NCBI GenBank assembly: GCA_965237895.1
Contig: CBDEGR010000001.1
Span: 476,287-540,286, forward strand
Source of the DNA: Terriglobia bacterium
GTDB lineage: Bacteria; Acidobacteriota; Terriglobia; UBA7540; JAPUME01
Reading direction: 5' to 3'
DNA length: 64,000 bases
Shown: one piece after another, positions 17,028 through 25,824 of the stretch
How the letters are laid out: every line of letters starts with the position of its first letter
Position numbering within the stretch: the first letter of the stretch is position 1
Notes under the pieces: generated by a model
What the model was told of the DNA's origin: nothing
Seen by the model: only the letters and a program-made list of their open reading frames with translations
Databases searched by the model: none
Translations under genes and position numbers: made by a program

Positions 17028-19475
17028 CTAAAAGTTGAATTTGACCCCGCCGATGCCCCACAGGCCCGGCGCTCCGAAGCCGTCTTCGAAGTATTTCCGG
17101 CCGAATGCGTTTTCGATTTTTGCGTAGAATTTCAAATTCGTTCCTTCTCTCAGGGGGACCGTGTAGCCCGCCACGACGTCGGCCTTGACGGGCCCGTCGA
17201 AGACGAAGCGGCCGGGCGCGCCGAACAGGCGTTGAGAGTAGTCACTGACGGCGAACAGGTCGAAGGCCATGTCGATGTGCCTCCCGACGCGCTGCAGTAC
17301 GGTGAGCGTGAACATGTGGTCTGACAAGCCCAGAACTTTGAAGTAGTCCTCGCCGGGGACGGTCGGGTTGCGGGAATCGGAATTGGTATAGGTGTAGGAA
17401 GCGATGATCCTGGCGAACAAGTTCGGTGTGGCTGAGAGGCTGAACTCCGCTCCCCGGGCCAGCCCGCCGCCGGAATTGCGATACCCTCCGAAGCGCCCGA
17501 AGGGGTCCGTCAGCGGGTTGATCACGCCGAAGTCGAACACGATGGTCTCCTGTATGTTGGTGTAAAAGAACGTGCTGCTCAGACGAATTTTCGAGTTAAA
17601 GAGCCATTGGTCGATCCCGGCGTCGAAGGCGAGCGAACGCTCGGGACTCAATCGCGGGTCACCCAAAAAGCTGAAGGAGCCGGAGAAGGAGGAGAAGAAG
17701 CCGCCGAAGCGGTTGAACGCCGAGGGGGCTCGATAGGCGTTGCCGCCGTGGGCGCGCAGCTTGGTTCCGCTCGAACGAATCAGGTAGGCGACGGCGAGGT
17801 CTCCGGTGTAGGCGGTCTTCGGAGAATCGAATTCGACGCCCCGGTACGGGTTCAGTTCTCCGGAGAATGTGGGTGTTTCAAGATGGAAGGACTGCATGCG
17901 GCCGGAAACGACGATTTGCAAGCGCCGGTCGGCCAGGCGAATCTGGTCCTGAAAAAACAGAGAATGGCTACCCTGTCGGATTTGGTTGGTGCTGCTCAGT
18001 TCCGGGGCCTGGTCCGCGGTCTGCTCCCGCGTCCGGCTGAGGAACTCCTCACGCTCGTACTCATAGCCGAAGGTCACAAGGTTGTATTCGCCGACCCGAT
18101 GGTCGGTTCGGGCTTGAAGGGTGCCGATGCGTCCGTCGAAGCGGCTTAGGTTCGGGAAGGCGGGCTCAAATGCGCCAACCCCTCCCGGGCCGTCACGGAA
18201 GGTGCGGTTCGTATCGACGGCGTGGTAGCTGAGGCGGTAGGAGCTCGAAGGGCTCAGCGAATGGTTGAAGATTACAGCGCCGGAAAAGAATGAAGCATCC
18301 CGGCGATTATCCGGGTCGTCGAAGGCGGAGATGAAGGTTGCGCTTCCCACCGTAAACGATTCGCCGTTTTCGAAACGAATCCGCTCACGGGTCGGAAGTC
18401 CGACGGCCGGTATGATGCCGCTGGCCGGATGATTCGCCAGCACTTCGGCGGTGAAGGCCGGACTTTCGTTGAGCGCCACGAAGGAGTTGCCCCCCCAAAT
18501 CCGCCCACTCAGGGAGATGGTGGGTGTGAAGTCATACTTTGCAAAACCTTGAACGCTGGTATTGCGGTAAGGGTCGGAACCGTCGAGCCCTTGGGTGACG
18601 TTCAGGTGCGCGACTCCGGTGCTGTAGGTAAAACGGTCCCGTCCGCCGAGGCTCCCGCTGAGGCGACCCACGCTCCGGATCATTCCCAGCCCGCCGCCTT
18701 CCACGGAGACCTCCCCGTGCGTCTTCTCCCCGCCTTGCATGCCGACAACATTGATGACGCCTCCGATGGCGTTCGACCCGTAGAGCGATGAGCCCGAGCC
18801 GCGAAGAATCTCCAGGCGGTCGGTATCGACCAGCGTCAGGTCCTCGTAGAATGCCGTGGCATCGCCCGCCGTGCCGGCGGCGTCGCGGAAGCGGAGCCCG
18901 TCGACCAAGAGCGCCGTATCCTGATTTCGCAGGCCGCGGGTTTGGATGGTGGTGAAACTTCCCGGCCCGAGCTGTTGCCGCACTCTTAGGCCGGGAACAT
19001 TGCGAAGAGCCTCGGCCACGGAAAACTCCATGCGGCGGCCCAGTTGATCCCGGTCCACCGTGTCGATGGCTTTGGCCACCGCGTCGAGCGGCACGGGGGT
19101 GCTCGACGCGGTGACCAGAACTTCCGTGCGCAGACTTTGAATCTCCAACTCAATATTGTACTGAAGGTTTGTGTGAGGAGGAACCCTCAGCTCTTCGGAA
19201 GCGGTGAGAGCGGAGGCCGGACCTGCCGCTTCCAGCAAGTATGCCCCCGGAGCGAGGCCCGCAAGACGATATCGCCCTGCAGCGTCGCTTTGAGTCGTGA
19301 CCGCCGTGCCGTTTTGCGAATAGAGGCGAACCGTGGCATGGGGGACAGCGCGCCCGTTGGGGTCTACCACCCGGCCGTGGACTCCGGCCCCGTAAATTCC
19401 AGTTGAAGTCTGTCCCCAGAGGAAACTTGCAAATAGAAAGAAAGCAGCCGGTAGTGACCGAATCAGCCTGTTCAT
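17028..19475 (-). CDS. TonB-dependent receptor (BtuB-like by operon context)
   Basis: Signal peptide MNRLIRSLPAAFFLFASFLWGQ. CarboxypepD_reg-like segment GRVVDPNGRAVPHATVRLYSQNG...GRYRLAGLAPGAYLLEA. Plug VDRDQLGRRMEFSVAEALRNVPGLRV. The barrel ends ...GGVKFNF. Confidence 0.9.
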   Translation of the reverse strand: MNRLIRSLPAAFFLFASFLWGQTSTGIYGAGVHGRVVDPNGRAVPHATVRLYSQNGTAVTTQSDAAGRYRLAGLAPGAYLLEAAGPASALTASEELRVPPHTNLQYNIELEIQSLRTEVLVTASSTPVPLDAVAKAIDTVDRDQLGRRMEFSVAEALRNVPGLRVRQQLGPGSFTTIQTRGLRNQDTALLVDGLRFRDAAGTAGDATAFYEDLTLVDTDRLEILRGSGSSLYGSNAIGGVINVVGMQGGEKTHGEVSVEGGGLGMIRSVGRLSGSLGGRDRFTYSTGVAHLNVTQGLDGSDPYRNTSVQGFAKYDFTPTISLSGRIWGGNSFVALNESPAFTAEVLANHPASGIIPAVGLPTRERIRFENGESFTVGSATFISAFDDPDNRRDASFFSGAVIFNHSLSPSSSYRLSYHAVDTNRTFRDGPGGVGAFEPAFPNLSRFDGRIGTLQARTDHRVGEYNLVTFGYEYEREEFLSRTREQTADQAPELSSTNQIRQGSHSLFFQDQIRLADRRLQIVVSGRMQSFHLETPTFSGELNPYRGVEFDSPKTAYTGDLAVAYLIRSSGTKLRAHGGNAYRAPSAFNRFGGFFSSFSGSFSFLGDPRLSPERSLAFDAGIDQWLFNSKIRLSSTFFYTNIQETIVFDFGVINPLTDPFGRFGGYRNSGGGLARGAEFSLSATPNLFARIIASYTYTNSDSRNPTVPGEDYFKVLGLSDHMFTLTVLQRVGRHIDMAFDLFAVSDYSQRLFGAPGRFVFDGPVKADVVAGYTVPLREGTNLKFYAKIENAFGRKYFEDGFGAPGLWGIGGVKFNF

Positions 19476-20048
19476 TTTCGGATTCTCCCATGGTTGTTTT
19501 TATGATTGGCCGGGACTGTTTTGGCGATTGAAATCTCGGCCATAGCGTCCCGAAGGGCGGTGACGCAATCCGCCAGATGGTGCGAGACGGCCGTGAGTTG
19601 CCGGGAAGGCAAGGCGACAACCCGCCGTCGGCGCACCGCATCGAGCGGCGCGAACAGAGAGTCGCCCAGCAGGCGGTCCCGAAAACCCTCGTCGCGGTTG
19701 TAGCCGGTGCCGATCAGGATGGCGTCTGGGTTGATGGAAAGAATTTTTTCGATGGAAATTTCCCCGTGTTCTGAGAACCCGTGCTCGGCGGCCGCGTTCC
19801 GGAATTCCGCGTAGGAGATGACCTCGTGCAGGGTGGTGCCGGACCCCGCCGTCCAATTCGGATGTGCCCAAGGTCAGAGAAATAATGCGTTGAGGATGAC
19901 GAAGAGGTTGGTCCGGAGTCGAGTTGTCGCCGGCCGCCGGACCGGGTGCCCCAGTGCAGGCCCCATTACAGATGAAGCCGAGCAGCGTCAACCCGAAGAC
20001 GGCGAATCGGAGGCCGCTCGTTTTTCTCCGTGCCGTTTTCGTTACCAT
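19472..20048 (-). pseudogene. BtuF-like binding-protein gene with out-of-frame internal deletion
   Basis: The N-terminal part is MVTKTARRKTSGLRFAVFGLTLLGFICNGAC...PQRIISLTLGTSE, a lipoprotein signal plus the first motif. It changes frame near 19852-19862 into the C-lobe: NWTAGSGTTLHEVISYAEFRNAAAEHGFSEHGEISIEKILSINPDAILIGTGYN...VVALPSRQLTAVSHHLADCVTALRDAM. The TGA of that frame (19474-19472) overlaps the receptor ATG (ATGA). About 130 aa of the N-lobe are missing. Confidence 0.5.
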
Positions 20049-20623
20049 GCCCGGGACCATCGGGGGCCGGAATGATCGGCGTCCCGCAGGCCGGATTCTT
20101 TACCCTCTTGCTTTTCGATCAGCCGCCCCAGAATCCACAGCAAATCCGAAAGGCGGTTCAAATAGGCCAGAACGTGCGGGTTGATTTCCGTTCCCGATTC
20201 GCCCAGTCGGACCGTACAGCGCTCCGCCCGCCGGCAGACGGTGCGGGCCATGTCGAGCGCGGCGGAGGCGGGATGCTCGCCGGGGATCGACCAATCGGTA
20301 AGAATTCCCTTGATGGCCTCGATCCGATGGACCTCCCTTGTCAGGCGCTCGACCATTTCCGAGGTAACGGGCGGTTGGCCTTTTCTGCTTTTCGGCGGAG
20401 TGGCCAAGGCCGAGCCGACCTGGAACAACTCCCGCTGGATCTCCTTCAAGAGGTTCTTGATTTCCTCGTTGTCGCAAATCGAGCGGGCGAATCCCATGAG
20501 AGAATTGAGCTCGTCAATGGTGCCGTAAGTCTCAACCTGTAAGGATGATTTTGAGACGCGGACGCCGCCGGTGAGGGCGGTTTGGCCCGCGTCGCCGCGC
20601 TGGGTTGCAATGGAACGACTCAC
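20042..20623 (-). CDS. pduO: PduO-type ATP:cob(I)alamin adenosyltransferase
   Basis: GTG start at 20623, 5 nt after AGGAGGTG. SIATQRGDAGQTALTGGVRVSKSSLQVETYGTIDELNSLMGFAR plus ...LAYLNRLSDLLWILGR match the PduO/MMAB family pattern. Confidence 0.85.
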   Translation of the reverse strand: MSRSIATQRGDAGQTALTGGVRVSKSSLQVETYGTIDELNSLMGFARSICDNEEIKNLLKEIQRELFQVGSALATPPKSRKGQPPVTSEMVERLTREVHRIEAIKGILTDWSIPGEHPASAALDMARTVCRRAERCTVRLGESGTEINPHVLAYLNRLSDLLWILGRLIEKQEGKESGLRDADHSGPRWSRAW

Positions 20624-20630
20624 AACATCA

Positions 20631-20647
20631 CCTCCTGATTTGGGAGG
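20631..20647 (-). promoter_or_regulatory. SD-sequestering hairpin (candidate riboswitch expression platform)
   Basis: The minus strand reads CCUCC-caaauca-GGAGG. The 3' arm is the Shine-Dalgarno sequence of the pduO-type gene. Confidence 0.5.
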
Positions 20648-20867
20648 CACTCAGCGGAGAGAGGTACGTCTAGGGCCGCACAGCCGTACTTGGGCCGAGG
20701 GATGAGCTGCCGTGAACCGTCCTGTTTTTATGGAAAGGCTTGCGGGCCGCAGAAGCAATCCTGCGAAGGATTGCGTTTCGCTCCGGTAGGGGGCGGGAGC
20801 TTTGTCGGCGCGCATTGTGGGCTGGCCAAAGGCCGTTCATCCGTCTCTCCGCGGGAACAGTGCCTCA

Positions 20868-21052
20868 CTACCCTGGGTAGGTCTCCTGGCTCGTGGCTTC
20901 AGACGGAACCGAATCCGCCAACGCCGACCTAACCTTCCCCGGATTCCTGATCCGAGTGGCATTCTGAAAGGTCGGCTCACCACCTACAGTGGCGGGACCG
21001 CGCCGGTTTTTCACCGGACTTCCCTATTAGGCCCGAATGGGCACCCAAGATA
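20868..21052 (-). promoter_or_regulatory. Cobalamin (AdoCbl) riboswitch aptamer
   Basis: The minus strand reads cuuGGGUGCC...AAUAGGGAAGUCCGGUGAAAAACCGGCGCGGUCCCGCCACUGUAGGUGGUGAGCC...GCCACUCGGAUCAGGAAUCCGGGGAAGG...GAGCCAGGAGACCUACCCagg. This contains the conserved core and the B12 box of RF00174 (recalled consensus). P1 is GGGU/ACCC. Confidence 0.85.
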
Positions 21053-21062
21053 GGATAGCCTG

Positions 21063-21092
21063 AGACTACCGCCTTCGGAATCTTTGTGTCAA
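21063..21092 (-). promoter_or_regulatory. Candidate promoter of the riboswitch/B12 operon
   Basis: On the minus strand: TTGACA (21092-21087), an 18-nt spacer, then TAGTCT (21068-21063), just upstream of the aptamer. Confidence 0.4.
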
Positions 21093-21169
21093 GACAAATT
21101 GTTTCGTATGGCTCTTCGCGCCAAGATGTTTCATAATCGGAATCTCATCAGGACAGACGGAGCGAAACC

Positions 21170-21457
21170 ATGACTCGGACCGATGCGGATTTCCAAGGAG
21201 CTTTTTGCAGCGGTGAGGATTATGTGGTCCGCCGAAACGGACGTTTCTTGATTGCCGAACTGAGCGAGCGGGTGATGATCCCGCCCCGCATGTTTTGCGA
21301 AAAGTGCTACGGTCCCACGCACGACTGGAGATATCTGCAGGACACGAGAATTGTAAACACGTTCTTCCTCTGTTGCGTCACCTGGGATGTGCGGAAGCTG
21401 AAGAAGCCGAAGCGCACCGGCTCCATTCTCGATATCGAAGGGTTCGAGCTGCTGTAA
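21170..21457 (+). CDS. Small DUF35-like zinc-ribbon/OB-fold protein, possibly truncated
   Basis: GRFLIAELSERVMIPPRMFCEKCYGPTHDWRYLQDTRIVNTF resembles the DUF35 pattern (G+LxxxxC..C...PPR..C..C....W.xL). The first Cys pair is lost and the OB part is short. A GGAG lies 9 nt upstream of the ATG. Confidence 0.35.
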   Translation: MTRTDADFQGAFCSGEDYVVRRNGRFLIAELSERVMIPPRMFCEKCYGPTHDWRYLQDTRIVNTFFLCCVTWDVRKLKKPKRTGSILDIEGFELL

Positions 21458-21468
21458 GTTTTCCCGCC

Positions 21469-23418
21469 TCAGATTTTTAATTCCGGAAAATCTTTAAACA
21501 GGTCCAGCGCTTTTGGATTGGCGAAGGCGGCGGCGTTTTTGACCGGACGGTTGTGGATGACTTCGCGCACGGCCAGCTCCACAATCTTTCCGCTGGTGGT
21601 TTTCGGGATTTCGGACACCTGAATGATTTTTGCCGGGACGTGGCGCGGAGTGGTGTTGCTGCGGATTTGGGTTGCGATTCTCTTGTGCAAGGCATCATCC
21701 AGGACCAGGCCGTCGCGGAGCCGAACGAAAAGAACCACGCGCACATTGCCTTTCCAATCCTGCCCCACCGCCAGAGATTCCAGAACTTCTGAGAAACTCT
21801 CCACCTGACCATAGATCTCCGCCGTGCCAATGCGGACGCCGTGCGGATTTAAGACGGCATCTGAGCGGCCGTAAATAATCATGCCGTCATGTTCGGTCAA
21901 CTCGGCGTAGTCGCCGTGCCGCCAGACGCCGGGGAAATGTTCGAAATAGGCGGAGCGATATTTTCCCCCGTCCGGATCGTTCCAAAAACTCACCGGCATG
22001 GAAGGGAACGGTGCCGTGCAGACCAGCTCGCCTTTTTCGCCCCGGACCGGTTTCCCCTCGTCATTGTAGATTTCCACTTTCATCCCCAACCCGCGGGTTT
22101 GGAGTTCACTCCGATAGACGGGACCGATCGGATTTCCGAGAGCGAAGCAGGAGACGATGTCCGTTCCGCCGCTGATCGAGGCCAGCAACAGGTCCTTTTT
22201 GATCTTTTGGTAGACGTAATCGAAGCTGCGCGGGGCGAGCGGCGAACCGGTGGAAAGAATCGCCCGAAGAGCGGAAAAGTCGTGGGTGCGGGCAGGCTCA
22301 AGCCCGGCCTTTTCGACGGCGGCAAGGTACCCGGCGCTGGTACCGAAGACGTTTACTTTTTCTTGCTCGGCCATCTCCCATAAAGTCTCCGGGGTGGGAT
22401 GCATGGGCGCACCGTCGTAGAGGATCAATGTGGCTTCCGACCCGAGCGCCGTAACCAGCCAGTTCCACATCATCCAGCTGCAGGTGGTGAAGTAGAAGAT
22501 ACGCTCGCCCGGCTTCAGGTCCACGTGCAACTGGTGCTCTTTCAGATGCTGAAGCAGCGTTCCGCCCGCTCCATGGACGAGGCACTTGGGGATTCCCGTG
22601 GTTCCCGAAGAATAGAGAATGTAGAGGGGATGATCGAAAGGGAGCTGCTTGAATTCTAAAGGCGCGGGCTCACCGGACATCAGCTCTTCCCACATTTCCG
22701 CTTGGGGAAGTCCCTCCAGGGAGGGTTTCGGGTTGAGATAGGGGACGACGACCACCTTTTCAATGGAAGGGACTTGCTGAGCAAGGCCGCGGACGCGCTC
22801 CATGCAGTCAATCGCCTTGCCGTTGTAGCTGTAGCTTTCGGCGGTGAAGAGAATGCGCGGCGCAATCTGCCCGAAGCGGTCCAGCACGCCCTTCAGTCCG
22901 AAGTCGGGTGAGCAACCGGACCATACCGCCCCGACTGAGGCCGCCCCCAGCATGGCGATGATCGTCTCGGGAAGATTTGGCATGAAGGCCACCACGCGGT
23001 CGCCCGGCTGCACGCCGGCCCGGCGGAGCCAACGCGCGATGCAGCCCACCTGCTTATAAACTTCCGCGTAGGAGAATTCGCGGCGCAGGCCTGTCTCCGA
23101 GCGGAAGATCAGAGCGGGGGAGGAGTCTCGACGGCGCAGGAGGTTCTCCGCAAAGTTCAGTTCCGCGCCGGCAAACCACTTGGCGCCAGGCATACGGCGA
23201 GGGTCGACCAGCACCTGGTCCCAGAGTTTCCCGGAGCGGACTTGAGCGAACGTCCAGAGCGACGCCCAGAATCGGTCCGGCTTGTCGAGGGACCATCGGT
23301 AAAGGGAAGGGTAATCAGAAATGCTTTCGCGGTGCTCCTTTTCGACGTGGCGAAAAAAGCGGGTCAGGTTTGCCCGGCGAATTGTTTCTTCAGACGGTTT
23401 CCACAGAGGCGCGGACAT
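21469..23418 (-). CDS. Acetoacetyl-CoA synthetase (acetoacetate-CoA ligase)
   Basis: 649 aa. The N-terminus MSAPLWKPSEETIRRANLTRFFRHVEKEH...YRWSLDKPDRFWASLW and the AMP-binding motif YSSGTTGIPKCLVH are typical of the family. Confidence 0.9.
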   Translation of the reverse strand: MSAPLWKPSEETIRRANLTRFFRHVEKEHRESISDYPSLYRWSLDKPDRFWASLWTFAQVRSGKLWDQVLVDPRRMPGAKWFAGAELNFAENLLRRRDSSPALIFRSETGLRREFSYAEVYKQVGCIARWLRRAGVQPGDRVVAFMPNLPETIIAMLGAASVGAVWSGCSPDFGLKGVLDRFGQIAPRILFTAESYSYNGKAIDCMERVRGLAQQVPSIEKVVVVPYLNPKPSLEGLPQAEMWEELMSGEPAPLEFKQLPFDHPLYILYSSGTTGIPKCLVHGAGGTLLQHLKEHQLHVDLKPGERIFYFTTCSWMMWNWLVTALGSEATLILYDGAPMHPTPETLWEMAEQEKVNVFGTSAGYLAAVEKAGLEPARTHDFSALRAILSTGSPLAPRSFDYVYQKIKKDLLLASISGGTDIVSCFALGNPIGPVYRSELQTRGLGMKVEIYNDEGKPVRGEKGELVCTAPFPSMPVSFWNDPDGGKYRSAYFEHFPGVWRHGDYAELTEHDGMIIYGRSDAVLNPHGVRIGTAEIYGQVESFSEVLESLAVGQDWKGNVRVVLFVRLRDGLVLDDALHKRIATQIRSNTTPRHVPAKIIQVSEIPKTTSGKIVELAVREVIHNRPVKNAAAFANPKALDLFKDFPELKI

Positions 23419-23510
23419 CGTTGCACCTTAATGCGAATTGAAAACGAGTGCCCAATTTCTTGGCTCTTGACAAATGGGCAGATCGAGCCAAACAGACGCT
23501 CGGTGGGATT

Positions 23511-24308
23511 TTATAGGCCTTTATAAGCTCTCGGCAATGGCGGGGAGAATTTTCCCGGCGGCTTCCTCGCTGGGGTCGCCGCCAGGACGTCGGTGTAATT
23601 CGTAACAAGCGTCTTATCGGAATCTCCGTCGTCGCCCAAAAGTTGGATGGCCTCATGGCAGACTTCACGGGCCGCCTCGAAAGCGTTCAATCTCGCCATG
23701 CGTGTTTCCAGCGAAGAGGACGAACCCGCCGATTCTTGCGCAGAGGTTAAGGCGAGCCGAGCGACCCAGAGTCGGGTCAGTATATCAGCCAGTTTCACTT
23801 GGGTCGACTGGTGTTCGAGGGGAACTCCTCCGGCAAGCTTCCGGGAGCGCGCATACTCGAGGACGCTCTCAAACGAGTTCCGGGCGATCTCCAGGACCGC
23901 CGCCGCATGGAAAGTCTCGAGAATTTTCTCCTTCAGAAAGCTTGGCGGCTCGCCGCAGATTTCCGCGAACGTCGAGGGGCCTTCCTTTAGGACTCGGGCG
24001 ATGGTGAACTGCTGAATCTCCGAGGTTCCCTCGCCGATGGTCAGCAGGCGGGCGTCGCGGTAATTCTATTCCACTTTATGGTCCTGCATGTAGCCGTAGC
24101 CGCCAAGAAGTTGAATCGATTCATCGCAGATTTCGAGGGCCGCTTCCGTGGCGAAGAGTTTTGCCATGCAGGCTTGCGCTTTGAAGAGTTCTCCGGCGAC
24201 GACGAGCCGCGCGGCGCGGAAGATCTCTTGCCAGGCGACCCAGAGTTTGGTGAGCATCCCGACCAGTTTCACCTGGGTGAGTTCCTTATTGAAAAGCGGT
24301 TCCTTACG
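23511..24308 (-). pseudogene. Two fused acyl-CoA dehydrogenase C-terminal remnants in one frame with an in-frame TAG
   Basis: A single 266-codon frame. It reads PLFNKELTQVKLVGMLTKLW...AKLFATEAALEICDESIQLLGGYGYMQDHKVE*NYRDARLLTIGEGTSEIQQFTIARVLKEG. A second partial ACAD C-domain follows directly: ...LEIARNSFESVLEYARSRKLAGGVPLEHQSTQVKLADILTRLW...AREVCHEAIQLLGDDGDS.... No N-terminal or middle domains are present. Confidence 0.7.
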
Positions 24309-24350
24309 TCACACGCGGGGAGAATCGTTTCGGGGGAAATCCGCCCGAGG

Positions 24351-25793
24351 TTAAGCGATGATCTTTTTGTGGACTACGCCCTCGACGTCGGTCAATCGAA
24401 ACTCGCGGCCCCCGTAAGGGTAGGTGAGTTTCTCGTGGTCAAACCCGAGCAGGTGAAGCACGGTGGCGTGGAAGTCGTGGATGTGCATGCGGTCTTCGAC
24501 GGCGTGGTAACCGATCTCATCTGTGGCGCCGTAGGTGATGCCGGGTTTTACGCCGCCGCCGGCCATCCAGATCGTGTACCCGTAGGGATTGTGGTCGCGC
24601 CCGTTCTCGTTTTGCGATACCGGCGTGCGCCCGAACTCCCCGGCCCAAATCACCAGCGTGTCTTTGAGAAGGCCGCGCGCTTTAAGGTCCTGGAGAAGTC
24701 CGGCGATGGGCTTGTCGACTTCCTTTGCGTTCTGAGTGTGCTTTTCATACAGGTCTGAATGCTGATCCCATTTATAGCTGTGGGTGCACTGGATGAAGCG
24801 CACGCCGCGTTCGGCCAGCCGCCGCGCCACCAGGCACTGCCACCCGAAATCCCGCGTCACCTCTTCGTCGAGCCCATAGAGCTTCTTTGTCGCTTCCGTT
24901 TCGTTTTCGGTCTCAAAGGCCTCCGGCGCTTCCACCTGCATGCGGAACGCCAGCTCGAAGGCCTGAATGCGCGCTTCGAGTTGGGGATTGTAGCCCCGTG
25001 TGGCGGCATGTCGGCGGTTCATGTTCTGTAGCATGTCGAGCTCGTAACGCTGCTCATCGGGGGAAAACTTCTTTTGCAGCAGATAGCGGATCGGCTCGGG
25101 CTCGATTTCCTCTATCTTCAAACCGGCGTGACCGATGGCTGTTCCCTGATAGGCCCCGGGCAGGAAGGAGGAGCCCCAGTTGCGGGCCCCGCCGTGCGCC
25201 AGCGACGGCTTCAAGAGGATGAATCCCGGCAGGTTCTGATTCTCCGTCCCCAGCCCGTAGATCGTCCACGCGCCCAGGCTGGGGCGGATGAAGGTGCTCG
25301 AGCCGGTAAACGTCTGCAGGAGCGCGGCGCCGTGGTCGACGCCCTCCCCTACCATGGAGCGGATGACGCAGAGATCGTCGGCGCGTGTGCCGACATGCGG
25401 AAAAAGATCGCTCACCGGAAGGCCGCTCTCCCCGTAGTGCTTGAAGTCCCACAGGGGTTTCATCAACGGCCCGGCCTCTTCATCGTCAAAAGCCAGAGGG
25501 CGATTGATGGGCAAGGGCTTGCCGTGGTCGCGGTAGAGACGAGGCTTGGGGTCGAACGTGTCAATGCTGGAAGGCCCTCCGTGCATGAAGAGAAAGATTA
25601 CTCGCTTCGCCTTCGGGGTGAAATGGGGCGATTTCTGCGCCAAGGGATTTACGGGAAGGTTTTCCGCCCGCAGGTTCGATTCCTCCGCCAGGAGCGTGGC
25701 CAAAGAGAGAATTCCGAACCCGCCGGCGGTGTCCCGTAGCATGGCGCGCCGCGACATCTTCTTCTTGCCGATTGATTTTTTCTCTTCCCTCAT
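24351..25793 (-). CDS. DUF1501 (sulfatase-like) protein with Tat signal
   Basis: MSRRAMLRDTAGGFGILSLATLLA is a Tat signal. ...IFLFMHGGPSSIDTFDPKP...DLYEKH...WAGEFGRTP are typical DUF1501 motifs. The start is ambiguous (25793, or 25757 at MSRRAML). The track start at 25835 overlaps the upstream gene. Confidence 0.85.
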   Translation of the reverse strand: MREEKKSIGKKKMSRRAMLRDTAGGFGILSLATLLAEESNLRAENLPVNPLAQKSPHFTPKAKRVIFLFMHGGPSSIDTFDPKPRLYRDHGKPLPINRPLAFDDEEAGPLMKPLWDFKHYGESGLPVSDLFPHVGTRADDLCVIRSMVGEGVDHGAALLQTFTGSSTFIRPSLGAWTIYGLGTENQNLPGFILLKPSLAHGGARNWGSSFLPGAYQGTAIGHAGLKIEEIEPEPIRYLLQKKFSPDEQRYELDMLQNMNRRHAATRGYNPQLEARIQAFELAFRMQVEAPEAFETENETEATKKLYGLDEEVTRDFGWQCLVARRLAERGVRFIQCTHSYKWDQHSDLYEKHTQNAKEVDKPIAGLLQDLKARGLLKDTLVIWAGEFGRTPVSQNENGRDHNPYGYTIWMAGGGVKPGITYGATDEIGYHAVEDRMHIHDFHATVLHLLGFDHEKLTYPYGGREFRLTDVEGVVHKKIIA

Positions 25794-25824
25794 AATTCTT
25801 TTCTCGATGCTTCGGCTAAGTCCT

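Noticed and set aside
19500-20060. A 186-aa ORF taken as an intact protein
   Set aside because: Only its first third is BtuF-like. The rest is out of frame relative to a clearly BtuF-like C-lobe that ends with ATGA coupling to the receptor. It is treated as a pseudogene.
3143-24308. All premature stops in remnants are TAG: possible amber reassignment or pyrrolysine
   Set aside because: TAG is used as the genuine stop of several well-supported genes in this window (sialidase at 11770, LsrF-like at 29825, aldolase-SDR at 32735, accB at 45209). No pyl or suppressor tRNA genes were seen. Pseudogenisation is the simpler explanation.
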